From an uncultured archaeon (lineage in GTDB: Archaea; Iainarchaeota; Iainarchaeia; Iainarchaeales; 1-14-0-10-31-34): 64,000 nucleotides of DNA. The notes beneath the pieces were generated by a model, which made no database searches, was not told where the DNA came from, and saw only the letters and a list, made by a program, of their open reading frames with translations. This document shows positions 9,304 to 18,254 of this stretch, piece after piece (the first letter of the stretch is position 1; every line of letters starts with the position of its first letter). Both the position numbers and the translations under genes were made by a program. The DNA is taken from assembly GCA_964608675.1 (NCBI GenBank), contig CAZSOZ010000001.1, positions 32,001 to 96,000 of the forward strand, written 5' to 3'.

Positions 9304-10575
9304 ATGAAAGAATTTGATGCTGATTTGCATTATCATGGGCCTTATTCAGGGGGGGTAAGCAAAAACATGCTTATTCCAATTATAGCAGAGCAGGCAGAAT
9401 TAAAAGGATTAAATTTATTGAGTTCAGCTGACTGCCTGAACGGAGTATGGCTAAAACACTTAAAACAAAATTTAATTGAAGAAGAAAACAAGATTCTGAA
9501 AGCAAAAGAAAAAAACATTTTTTTTGTTCTGGGAACAGAAGTGCAGTGCCGAAACAAAATTCACCACATAATTTTTTTGCCTGACTTTAATGCAGTTGAA
9601 CAAATAAGAAAAAAATTTAGAAATTACACTAATGAACTGGATTCAGTTATGGGGGGGCGCCCAAGACTAAAATTAAACGCAGAACAAATTGCAGAAATCG
9701 TATTTGATGCAAAAGGAATTATTGGGCCAGCGCATGCTTTTACTCCTTACTTTGGAGTTTACGCTTACTTTGATTCAATTAAACAGGCTTACGGAGAACA
9801 AGGAAAAAACATTTCTTTTCTGGAATTAGGGTTAAGCGCTGATTCATTTCTTGCAGACATGATTCCTGAAAACAGAGAATACGTTTTTCTTTCAAATTCT
9901 GATTCACATTCGCCTTGGCCGTTCAGATTAGGAAGAGAATTCAACAGAATTAAATTAAAAGCACCTTCATTCAAAGAACTAAAAAAAGCATTAGAAAAAA
10001 AAGAAGAAAAAAGAATTTTGTTGAATGTAGGCTTGGATCCACGGGAAGGAAAATATCACAGGACAGCCTGCCAGACTTGCTATACAAAATATTCAATTAA
10101 AGAAGCAGTGAACTTAAACTGGAAATGCATTGAATGCAAAAAAGAAATTAAACGAGGAGTCCTTGAAAGAATTAAAATGCTGTCAGACGGAAAAAGCAAA
10201 AGCCCTGAATTCAGACCGGATTATCTGCGTTTGCTTCCATTGCAGGAAATAATTCAAAGTTCAATTAAAATCAAATTAATTACTTCTCCAAAAATACAGT
10301 TTTTATGGAAAAAATTTGTTGAAAGATTTGGTTCAGAAATAAATGTTTTGGTTGACGTTCCAATTGAAGAACTAAAAAAAATCGACCAAGGAATTGCCGA
10401 AAAAATTAACTGTTTCAGAAAAGGGCTTGTTTTGTTTGAAGAAGGCGGGGGTGGAAATTACGGAAAACCAGTTATTTGTTTAAATGAAAAAGAATTTGAA
10501 CAAAAAAAATTTGAATTAGAAGAAAAACAAAAAAAACAATTTAAAGCCAGACAAAAAAAATTATTTGATTTTTAG
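9304..10575 (+). CDS. PHP-domain TIGR00375 / endonuclease Q family protein with C-terminal PIP box
   Basis: DLHYH, PAHAFTP, ELGLSAD, SNSDSHS, GKYHRTACQTC/CIEC, GGGGNYG; ends QKKLFDF. Confidence 0.88.
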   Translation: MKEFDADLHYHGPYSGGVSKNMLIPIIAEQAELKGLNLLSSADCLNGVWLKHLKQNLIEEENKILKAKEKNIFFVLGTEVQCRNKIHHIIFLPDFNAVEQIRKKFRNYTNELDSVMGGRPRLKLNAEQIAEIVFDAKGIIGPAHAFTPYFGVYAYFDSIKQAYGEQGKNISFLELGLSADSFLADMIPENREYVFLSNSDSHSPWPFRLGREFNRIKLKAPSFKELKKALEKKEEKRILLNVGLDPREGKYHRTACQTCYTKYSIKEAVNLNWKCIECKKEIKRGVLERIKMLSDGKSKSPEFRPDYLRLLPLQEIIQSSIKIKLITSPKIQFLWKKFVERFGSEINVLVDVPIEELKKIDQGIAEKINCFRKGLVLFEEGGGGNYGKPVICLNEKEFEQKKFELEEKQKKQFKARQKKLFDF

Positions 10576-11345
10576 CGCACATAAGGAAGTCCTTTTTCAG
10601 GCATGTCTTCCTGTTGTTCTTCTAACTGCTTGCTTAACTGCTGAAAAGCTTTTTCTATTTCTTTTGATTCTTTTTCTATTTGATTCATGTTAACTTTGAA
10701 TCCAAATTTAGCAGACAAAACTTCAATTAATTTTTTTGCTGAACCATGGTCTCCATACACAAGCCTTGCATTAGTTTCGCCCATCAAACAGGCGCCTTTT
10801 ATTTTGTGTTCTGCCGCCAAACCAATAATTAATCCTGCTGCCCCAGAAATCAATCCTTCCTGGTGTTCTTCAACACCGTTTAATTTAATGAACTCTGAAA
10901 GCATTTTTTTGTCTGTTGAAGCAACAATCACTCTGGGTTCTACAGCCATCCTTTTTTCTCCTACATTTATTCCTGCCAGAGTATAAATTTCCTTTACCCC
11001 TAATTCATTTGCAGCCAAAACAATTTCTTTTGCAAACTCATAATGTTCTTTTGCAGAAGAAGTTGAAGCATCCAAAGCAGGCTGAACAGGACCGGCCAAA
11101 AAAATGTAATCATTTCCTTTAAACTTAAAATGATGCAAGTCATCTTTAATTAATTCAATCAAAGATTTTTTTGTGTGAACACTCGGCGGAAAAGAAGCAG
11201 AAGTGATTTCAGCAATTTTTTCTGCCTTAAAATGCTTCAATAAATAATCAACTGCAATCTTTCCAACCAAACCTATTCCCGGCAGACCTGAAAACAGCAC
11301 TGCATTCTTGAATTTCACTTTTTTTAAAAATTTTACTTCAGTCAT
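10572..11345 (-). CDS. PAC2-family proteasome assembly chaperone
   Basis: GLPGIGLVGKIAVDYL, ISGAAGLI, CLMGET; SD GGTG before ATG 11345. Confidence 0.9.
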   Translation of the reverse strand: MTEVKFLKKVKFKNAVLFSGLPGIGLVGKIAVDYLLKHFKAEKIAEITSASFPPSVHTKKSLIELIKDDLHHFKFKGNDYIFLAGPVQPALDASTSSAKEHYEFAKEIVLAANELGVKEIYTLAGINVGEKRMAVEPRVIVASTDKKMLSEFIKLNGVEEHQEGLISGAAGLIIGLAAEHKIKGACLMGETNARLVYGDHGSAKKLIEVLSAKFGFKVNMNQIEKESKEIEKAFQQLSKQLEEQQEDMPEKGLPYVR

Positions 11346-11355
11346 CAAAACACCT

Positions 11356-12126
11356 TTATTCTTCAATTTTTTTGAATTCTCCTTTTCCGTTTGAACCAGA
11401 AATTACTTGTATTGCTTTATCAGAAGAAAGCCTTAATTTTTTTTCAGCTGACTTGTAATCAGCAGAAACCACTTTAATTTGATATCTGCCTGAACCAAAA
11501 TAAACAATGCTTGAATCGTTTCCTGCAGTTTTTTCTGCCTGACTTAAAGCTTTCTTGATTACTTCAATTCCATTAGATTCAAAACAAGTTAATTCAAGTA
11601 TTCCTTTAACTGTCTTTTTTGGAATAGAAATATTTTTTTTCACTAATTCTAAAAGTTCTTTGTTCCATGGAGGCTTAATTGAAAAAGAAACTTCTCCTGA
11701 CAAAGAAATTTCGTTGAATGCTTCAGACAAAGATTCAAATTTTTCAAGCAAAGGCTCTGCAGTATTTTCCCAGGCTTCATCAAAAGAAACATTTCTTTTT
11801 TTTGCTAAAACTTCAATTAATTTTTTTGCTCTAACCAGCCTGTTATAGTCTTCAATTTTTCTTCTTTGAACTCCTGAAGAAACTTTAGTTAAACTCAAAT
11901 CAATCTGGTTTTTGCTTTTATCTATTGCCAAAACCTGTGCTGCACGAATCTGGTTTTCCTTAACAAAATTTCTTATGTTTTTAACCCATCCTGAAGTAAC
12001 CTGAGAAATATGCACAAAGCCTTTCTGGCCTTCATATTCCAGTAATTCAACAAATGCTCCATAAGGGAGAACTTTTGTGATTCTTACAACCACAATTTCA
12101 TTTACTTCAGGCAAATCTTTTTCCAT
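11356..12126 (-). CDS. eif2a: Translation initiation factor 2 alpha subunit
   Basis: S1 domain YGAFVELLEY..GFVHISQV..GWVKNIR, QIDLSL; VVSADYKSAEK. Confidence 0.95.
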   Translation of the reverse strand: MEKDLPEVNEIVVVRITKVLPYGAFVELLEYEGQKGFVHISQVTSGWVKNIRNFVKENQIRAAQVLAIDKSKNQIDLSLTKVSSGVQRRKIEDYNRLVRAKKLIEVLAKKRNVSFDEAWENTAEPLLEKFESLSEAFNEISLSGEVSFSIKPPWNKELLELVKKNISIPKKTVKGILELTCFESNGIEVIKKALSQAEKTAGNDSSIVYFGSGRYQIKVVSADYKSAEKKLRLSSDKAIQVISGSNGKGEFKKIEE

Positions 12127-12143
12127 TAAAAAAAAACCTTTTT

Positions 12144-12335
12144 TTATTCTAAAACTTTAATTATTTTTGCTTCAATCACTGCTTTTGAAGCAGAAGGATA
12201 AACAAGCGTTTGACCACACTCGCATTTAATTTCTTTTGTGGAAGCAGAAAAAACTTTTCTTTCTTTTCCGCATTTAATGCATTTAACCTGCAAAAACTTT
12301 GTTTTGGGGTTTGGAATAATTTTAGTTTTAGTCAT
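12144..12335 (-). CDS. rps27e: 30S ribosomal protein eS27
   Basis: PKTKFLQVKCIKC...CECGQTLVYP zinc ribbon; upstream of aIF2-alpha as in the conserved cluster. Confidence 0.92.
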   Translation of the reverse strand: MTKTKIIPNPKTKFLQVKCIKCGKERKVFSASTKEIKCECGQTLVYPSASKAVIEAKIIKVLE

Positions 12336-12343
12336 TTTTTCAC

Positions 12344-12889
12344 CTATTCTTTTTTGCCTATTTTTCTTGAAACAAAAAGTTTTGCTATTTTAGGAGGCAG
12401 TTCAATTTTTTCGTCTTTTTTGAACGGCCCGTATTCTTTCATGTCTGTTCCTATAAAAGAAGGCACATCTGAAAGAATTTTTACTAAAACTTTATTTAAA
12501 CCCTTTTCTTTTGGTTTAGTTTTTCCAATAAAAATTGATTCAACAAAATCATTATAAGACTTCAAAATTTTAAGGATTTCCTTAAACATTTTTTTTTCTT
12601 CTTCAGCCATTAATTCATTGTTTTCTTCTGAAGTCTTTGAAGAAATCAAAGCCTTGCTTAAAATTTTTTTCTGCCTTAAACTCAGAATTTCTTCAACCAT
12701 TTTTTTTAAGTTAGTGAAATTTCTTGCTTTTGCAAAATCCAAGTCTTTGATTGAATTAAAATAATTTTGTTTTTCTTCTGAAATGAATTCATTTAAAGAA
12801 TCAAAAAAAGTCTCTTTTACTTCAACAAGTTTTGAAGTATTTTTCTCAAGCCGGTAAATTTTTCTTATTTCATCGTAATCCAAATCCAT
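12344..12889 (-). CDS. GINS complex subunit (Gins15/51 type)
   Basis: YDEIRKIYRLEK, LRQKKIL, B-domain VPSFIGTDMKEYGPF; immediately downstream of priS. Confidence 0.85.
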   Translation of the reverse strand: MDLDYDEIRKIYRLEKNTSKLVEVKETFFDSLNEFISEEKQNYFNSIKDLDFAKARNFTNLKKMVEEILSLRQKKILSKALISSKTSEENNELMAEEEKKMFKEILKILKSYNDFVESIFIGKTKPKEKGLNKVLVKILSDVPSFIGTDMKEYGPFKKDEKIELPPKIAKLFVSRKIGKKE

Positions 12890-14110
12890 TTAAATCAACT
12901 CAGCTGAATTTCTTGACATCAAATAAATTCCTGCAAATTCCGGCAGTTCAGTTTCCTGTTCATTGAACGGCCCGAATTTTTCTCCCCCCAAAAAAAATTT
13001 TGGTGCTTTTCTGACAAATACTTTTAGAGGATTATTTGAAAAGATTATGCATTCCTTTAACGGAACAAAATCCTTTAATTTTTCTCTTGAAAATTGTTTT
13101 GCAGGCATTCCTGTAGAACCATGAATTGAATCAGGGACACGAATTATTTTAGCTAAATCAACTGATGTTTGCCTGTCCAAAAACAGTTTTTGTTTTTCCA
13201 CTAAATTAAAAAGAAGGCCTTCCCAGAATTTTCTGGGATTTCTTGTAACCGGAAAAAGAAAACCGTTCTTCATTCCCTTTAATACAGTTTCTTTTTTTTC
13301 AAGAATTTTTTTTATAGTTGAAACCCTTGCGTTTCCTAAAGCCGCAATTTTTTCTGCTTCATTGTTTTCAATCAAAAAAATCAAAGAAGAAAGAATTTTT
13401 TTGCTCCAGCCAAAAGCCAGAAATTCTTTTGGGCAAAGCATTTTTCTGTTTGCATAAACAAAACCCAATTGTTCTAAATCAATTTCATGAGCAGTCAAAA
13501 AATCAACTAATTCAATTCTGGAATTTGCATTCAAAGACTGAATTTTTTCGTTCCTGACATGCAAATGAAATCCTTTTGAACCAGAAAAATTAACTGAAAG
13601 ACCGTCAAAAAAACCAAAATCTGTTTCAAGAACATCAATTAATTTTAAAGTTTGTTTTTTTGTTGCTTCAAGGCATTCTTCACAAACCCATTCTTCTGTT
13701 TGGACAGACGCTCCGCACGAAGGACACTTTTCAATCAATCCTTTTCCTTCTGTTTCACATTCAGTGCATTTCCAAGAATCATGCTTTTGCTTGCATTCAG
13801 TTTTAATGTCATCTGCATCAAATTCATAAATTAAATCAGATTTCAAGTAAAGCTTTTTTTTCATTGGTCGCCTGTCAGGAAATTCATAAAAAGCAGGAGA
13901 ATAAGAAACAAAAAAAGGAGCTGTTTCCCTTAAAAAAGAATTAAATTCTTTTGAAGAAGAAAAAGAATAATGCCTTGCAATAATTTTTTTTCCGAATTCT
14001 CCGTAACCGAATTCCCTTTTCTCGGGTTCAGGAACAGAATCAATAAAATTTTCTTTATAAAAAGAACGAAATTTTTTTCTTAAAAAATTAATTGTTTTCT
14101 GTTCAGCCAT
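12890..14110 (-). CDS. priS: DNA primase catalytic subunit PriS
   Basis: REFG, LIYEFDADD, FSGSKGFHLH, IIRVPDSIHGSTG; expanded Cys-rich Zn site. Confidence 0.95.
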   Translation of the reverse strand: MAEQKTINFLRKKFRSFYKENFIDSVPEPEKREFGYGEFGKKIIARHYSFSSSKEFNSFLRETAPFFVSYSPAFYEFPDRRPMKKKLYLKSDLIYEFDADDIKTECKQKHDSWKCTECETEGKGLIEKCPSCGASVQTEEWVCEECLEATKKQTLKLIDVLETDFGFFDGLSVNFSGSKGFHLHVRNEKIQSLNANSRIELVDFLTAHEIDLEQLGFVYANRKMLCPKEFLAFGWSKKILSSLIFLIENNEAEKIAALGNARVSTIKKILEKKETVLKGMKNGFLFPVTRNPRKFWEGLLFNLVEKQKLFLDRQTSVDLAKIIRVPDSIHGSTGMPAKQFSREKLKDFVPLKECIIFSNNPLKVFVRKAPKFFLGGEKFGPFNEQETELPEFAGIYLMSRNSAELI

Positions 14111-14143
14111 AAAATTACTACTGAACAGAAATAATTAAAAGTT

Positions 14144-14311
14144 TCAACCAGTCAGGCCAGCCATAAAATAAACAGGAATTGAAATTAAAATAAAAACCAT
14201 CAACATAGACAAAAAAACTGTTAAAAAAGATTTAATTCTTGTAAAACCATAAATTTCCTGAACAGCCAATACAAGAAGATAAAAAAAATAAATAAAAAAT
14301 AAAGAACAGTC
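14144..14311 (-). pseudogene. Start-less hydrophobic reading-frame remnant resembling the C-terminus of a Yip1-like membrane protein
   Basis: Translates as DCSLFFIYFFYLLVLAVQEIYGFTRIKSFLTVFLSMLMVFILISIPVYFMAGLTG*; no upstream ATG in frame; family resemblance by eye only. Confidence 0.35.
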
Positions 14312-14329
14312 TTTTTTTAAAAAAGACTG
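14307..14329 (-). terminator. Inverted repeat in T-rich context downstream of the acidic peptide gene
   Basis: cagtctttttt-t-aaaaaagactg flanked by T-tracts on the minus strand. Confidence 0.5.
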
Positions 14330-14359
14330 AAAAAAAAATAAACAAAATTAGTAGGAGTC

Positions 14360-14467
14360 TTAAACTTCATCTGATGTTTCTTCTTCTGAGTCTTCTGAAT
14401 CCTCGTCAGATGAATCTTCTTCCCAGTCATCTTCTTCTTGGAATTTATACAAATCTAATTCAACCAT
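14360..14467 (-). CDS. Unannotated 35-aa hyperacidic small protein
   Basis: MVELDLYKFQEEDDWEEDSSDEDSEDSEEETSDEV*; SD AAGGAGG...GTGA directly upstream; below the ORF-track length cutoff. Confidence 0.7.
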   Translation of the reverse strand: MVELDLYKFQEEDDWEEDSSDEDSEDSEEETSDEV

Positions 14468-14515
14468 TTTCACGGCCTCCTTAAAATAATAAATTAACAG
14501 TAAAACGTAATCTAT

Positions 14516-15565
14516 TTATTTGTTTTCGGTTGCTTTTTTTTCTGGTTTTTTTTCTTTTTTCAGGTTTTTTAAGTTTCTGATGTAATAACCTAAAGGGCTT
14601 TTGATTCCTTCACAGGATTTGTTTCTCAAACACAAAGCATGGTCAACTACTTTACTGCAGGAAGGAGAAGAATACCTTGGCTTTTCTTTTTCTCCTTTAA
14701 TGTTTTTATAATGATACAAAACAAGCTTTTCTTTGAAATTGGGAGCGCGAGAAAAAAGTTTTACGAAATCTTCTCTGGAAATTCTTGCATTAATCAAAAA
14801 GCAGGCTAAATCAAAGTTTGCTATATGCTGTAATTGTGTTCCTGAAGAAAGTTTTTCGTAAAGGGAAGCCATGCAGGGAGGAAACAAGTCAATCCTTAAG
14901 TTTCCTGAAAACTTGAATTCAGGCAAAGTTTTTCTGATAAAAAACAATTCTTTTTTCAGTTGTTTAGCGTTTTCTTTGAATTTTTTTGGAATATGCTTTG
15001 TTTCAACAGGCAGAGACAAAAAAATTTTATTGTAAACTAAAGCCGATACAAATCTGATTGCATCATTTTTGGTTAAAAAAACTTTTCCTTTGAAAACATT
15101 ATGGTTAACAAGCTTTAAATTATTAAAATAAGGAAGAGAAAGAAAACTCATTAAATCAACTGAAACCAGAAAATCTTTTTGTTCAGGTATAGAAAAATTT
15201 ATTTGAAAATCATCAAGCAATTCAAATAATTTTTCATGGTCTTTTTCTTTTTCCAAAAACTTAAATGCATTAAAAGAAAACATTGCAGAAAACTTTCTGT
15301 TTAATTCAATTAAACGAATTTCAGACAACAAAATTTTTGCTACAGGAAAAGCATAAATTTCATTCAGCATTAAATCAGAAGAAAAAGAAATGCCATTCAA
15401 AAAATAAGGTTTTTTTCTGAATGCATTCAAAATCATTACTTTTGCTCGGTGCATTATTTCTTCTGAAACATCATCAAGCAAAAATTTTTCGTCTTTAATT
15501 ATTTTCTTTGCTTTATTTGAAAAAGGAAATTTTTGCGCAAAAACTAATTCGGTTTTGGCAGGCAT
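14516..15565 (-). CDS. priL: DNA primase large subunit PriL
   Basis: AQKFPFS, FPPCM, RYSSPSCSK, LCLRNKSC..IKSPLGYY (four Fe-S Cys). Confidence 0.92.
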   Translation of the reverse strand: MPAKTELVFAQKFPFSNKAKKIIKDEKFLLDDVSEEIMHRAKVMILNAFRKKPYFLNGISFSSDLMLNEIYAFPVAKILLSEIRLIELNRKFSAMFSFNAFKFLEKEKDHEKLFELLDDFQINFSIPEQKDFLVSVDLMSFLSLPYFNNLKLVNHNVFKGKVFLTKNDAIRFVSALVYNKIFLSLPVETKHIPKKFKENAKQLKKELFFIRKTLPEFKFSGNLRIDLFPPCMASLYEKLSSGTQLQHIANFDLACFLINARISREDFVKLFSRAPNFKEKLVLYHYKNIKGEKEKPRYSSPSCSKVVDHALCLRNKSCEGIKSPLGYYIRNLKNLKKEKKPEKKATENK

Positions 15566-15621
15566 ACAATACTTTGAAAAATAAAAGAAATAAAAATAGA
15601 AGGCAAACAAAACGCAGGCAA

Positions 15622-16347
15622 TTATAAAATCATGTGGGCTAAATGGAATTCAATCCTGCTTCCTCCGATTGAATAAGAAACTTTCATAGGTGCATCGCCT
15701 TTTAATTCCAATTTGATTTTTGAATCAGAGTCTGCTTCTTTTACGATGTTGGCCAGAAAATTCAAGGAGTATTTGCTTACTACCTCTGAATTAGTTTTAA
15801 CTATAACTTTTTTTGCTTCTTTTGCAACAGTTTTTAAGGTTCCGGAAGAACCTCTGGCTTCAATCATAAACTGATTAGATTTGGCTCTCAATATAACTGA
15901 ACTGCCAAATAATGAAGCATCTTTTAATGCTTCTTTGAACATTTTTGCATTAATTTCAATTACTGCATCAAATTTTGTTGAGGGAACATTGATTTCCTGC
16001 TCAGAAACATCAATTAAAGGAAGCTTAAAGTTTCTGGAAAGCTCTCCTGAAAAATGAATTGACATTTCGTTTTCAGTTAAATCCAAAACCATTTTGTCAT
16101 TAGGAAGAATCCTTGACATGATTTTATTTAATTCAACTAAATCCACTCCAATATAAGTGGGTTCAATTAAAAACTTGTCAAAAGAACTTTTTGCAATAGA
16201 ATAATCCACTAAAACTATTTGGGATGGATCGATTGCCTTAAAGCTTATTCCTGAATCATTAAAACGAAAATTTCCCTCTGAAATAAAAGTTGAAATAGCA
16301 TTAATCGCTTTAGCCCAGGATTCTGTTTTTTTTAATTCAATTGCCAT
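15622..16347 (-). CDS. pcn: PCNA sliding clamp, divergent paralog
   Basis: KAIDPSQIVLVD, IGVDL, FKLPLID, KYSLNFL, DAPMKVSY; ends FHLAHMIL; SD GGGGGA. Confidence 0.9.
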   Translation of the reverse strand: MAIELKKTESWAKAINAISTFISEGNFRFNDSGISFKAIDPSQIVLVDYSIAKSSFDKFLIEPTYIGVDLVELNKIMSRILPNDKMVLDLTENEMSIHFSGELSRNFKLPLIDVSEQEINVPSTKFDAVIEINAKMFKEALKDASLFGSSVILRAKSNQFMIEARGSSGTLKTVAKEAKKVIVKTNSEVVSKYSLNFLANIVKEADSDSKIKLELKGDAPMKVSYSIGGSRIEFHLAHMIL

Positions 16348-16423
16348 TAAATCCCCCCGTAGACTGCAAAAAAGTCCTTCCAAGCATATTATACTTCATT
16401 AATCCTTTTAAATTATTCTAAAT

Positions 16424-16804
16424 TTATAATGGTTTCTTTTTTTTCGGTATTCTTTTGGGTTTCTTTGGCTTAACCTGTTTTCGTTTAAATAAAGAGTTTT
16501 TTCTTAAATTTTGCATTATTTCCTGCATTCTTAAAAGATTTTCTTTCCACCTGAACATGTTTTGTTTCATTTTAGCCATGTTCTTTTTTGTTTTTCCTTC
16601 AAACAAATTTGTTTTTATTTCAGGAAACAATCTTATTTCCTTTTCAAGTTTTATTGAAGAATTAATCAAATCAATAACCGCTTTTTCGAAATAAGTTTTA
16701 TTTTTGTTTGCATTTCTAAGAATATTTATTTCAGCCAAAATAAGTTTCCGGTATTCTTTCAATATTTCGTTATATTGTTCATTCAAACTTTTCTTTTTAT
16801 TCAT
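16424..16804 (-). CDS. Basic helical hypothetical protein
   Basis: 126-aa ATG ORF filling the gap; Lys/Arg/Pro-rich tail. Confidence 0.55.
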   Translation of the reverse strand: MNKKKSLNEQYNEILKEYRKLILAEINILRNANKNKTYFEKAVIDLINSSIKLEKEIRLFPEIKTNLFEGKTKKNMAKMKQNMFRWKENLLRMQEIMQNLRKNSLFKRKQVKPKKPKRIPKKKKPL

Positions 16805-16870
16805 ACAAAAAAAAATGTTTTGTTTTTTTATAAACTTTACTGTTAATATTTTTTGAATGAGGAAAAAAAA

Positions 16871-17479
16871 ATGATTAAAGCAGTATTGTTTGATGTCGAC
16901 GGAGTTTTAGTTGATTCTCTGACAGCAAACAGAAAATTCGTTAATGATTTGCTAAAAGAACAAGGAAAAAAAGAATTAAATGAAAAAGAATTTTTTGCGA
17001 TAAGGTTTATGACCATAAAACAAGTAATTGAAACATTCTGCCCTGAACTAAAAGAAAAAGAAATAAACAGAATAAGAAAAAAATGGTCATATGAATACAA
17101 AAATTATTTGAAGCTGACAGTATTGAATAACGGAGCAAAAGAAATACTCAAAGAATTAAAAGAAAAAGTAAAATTAGGAATTATAACAAACAGAAGTAAA
17201 ACAAGCGTTTTAATGCACCATAAAATAATTAATTTTTTTGATTCAATAATTACTTCAAGCGACGTCAAAAACCCAAAGCCTTCCCCTGAAGGCATTCTCA
17301 AAGCCTTAAAAGAATTAAAAATAAAACCTGAAGAAGCAATTTTTATAGGGGATGCAGAAACAGACATTAAAGCAGGAAATTCTGCAGGAGTAAAAACACT
17401 TTCATATAAAATCAAATTGGATGACAAAACAAAAAAAATCAACAGCTTTAAAGAAATAAAAAAATTTTTTGGTGATTAA
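16871..17479 (+). CDS. HAD-superfamily hydrolase (phosphoglycolate phosphatase-like)
   Basis: FDVDGVLVD, ITN, KPSPEG, IGDAETD. Confidence 0.9.
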   Translation: MIKAVLFDVDGVLVDSLTANRKFVNDLLKEQGKKELNEKEFFAIRFMTIKQVIETFCPELKEKEINRIRKKWSYEYKNYLKLTVLNNGAKEILKELKEKVKLGIITNRSKTSVLMHHKIINFFDSIITSSDVKNPKPSPEGILKALKELKIKPEEAIFIGDAETDIKAGNSAGVKTLSYKIKLDDKTKKINSFKEIKKFFGD

Positions 17480-18019
17480 ATGGAAGAAAAAAATTTTGTT
17501 AAATTATTGAGTCCAAGAATTTCGACTCTGATTATGTCAAAGGATTCAGAAAGCAAAATTAATGCAGCGCCATATTCTTTTGTTTTTCCTTTAAGTTTTG
17601 AACCGCCTTTAATCGGAGTCGGAGTAGGAAACAAAAAAATGACTTACAAAAACATAATACAAACAAAAGAGTTTACAGTGAATATTATTTCAGAAGAGTT
17701 TGCACAGCAGGCAGTGAATTGTGAAGAAAAAATTGAATTTGACAAAAGACTGAAAAAAAATGAACTGGAAACAGAAAAAGCAGAAAAAGTTCGGGTTCCA
17801 AGACTAAAAAAAGCTAAAGCAGTTTTAGAATGCCAATTAAATGAAACCATTGAATTAAAGACAGCCGACCATGGAATTATAGTGGGAAAAGTCATTGCCG
17901 TCAAATGCATTGAAAAAGAAGGCAAAGCTGATTTAGATGCAATGAACTATTTAATGCATGAGTCAGCAGGCATTTTCAGGAAACTAGGAGAAAAAATTTT
18001 ATTAGAAAGAAAAAAATAA
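17480..18019 (+). CDS. Flavin reductase-like FMN-binding protein
   Basis: INAAPYSF, PPLIGV, TKEFTVNI, LEC, ADHGIIVGKV. Confidence 0.88.
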   Translation: MEEKNFVKLLSPRISTLIMSKDSESKINAAPYSFVFPLSFEPPLIGVGVGNKKMTYKNIIQTKEFTVNIISEEFAQQAVNCEEKIEFDKRLKKNELETEKAEKVRVPRLKKAKAVLECQLNETIELKTADHGIIVGKVIAVKCIEKEGKADLDAMNYLMHESAGIFRKLGEKILLERKK

Positions 18020-18071
18020 ACAAGAATTCAAATAAAATAATAGAAATAAAAAAAGAAAAAAAATGTTTTTC

Positions 18072-18254
18072 TTAATAAATTTGGTTTTCTGAATAACGAA
18101 AAGTTATTGCAAAAAAAATTACTGCAATCAGCAAAGCAGTCAAAAAAGCTTCAAGAAAATTAATTGAATTCCGTAAAAAAAACTGAACCAAAGAATTAGA
18201 AAAAAAAGCAATTAATCCTGCAATCAGACCTGCAATAACATTAGATAAATTCAT
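18072..18254 (-). CDS. Small two-TM hypothetical protein
   Basis: 60 aa; ATGA overlap with the upstream gene. Confidence 0.55.
   Translation of the reverse strand: MNLSNVIAGLIAGLIAFFSNSLVQFFLRNSINFLEAFLTALLIAVIFFAITFRYSENQIY

Noticed and set aside
13670-13800. Expanded Cys cluster in PriS as a novel domain
   Set aside because: A zinc-ribbon insertion within the PriS Zn site is, to my knowledge, present in other archaeal lineages.
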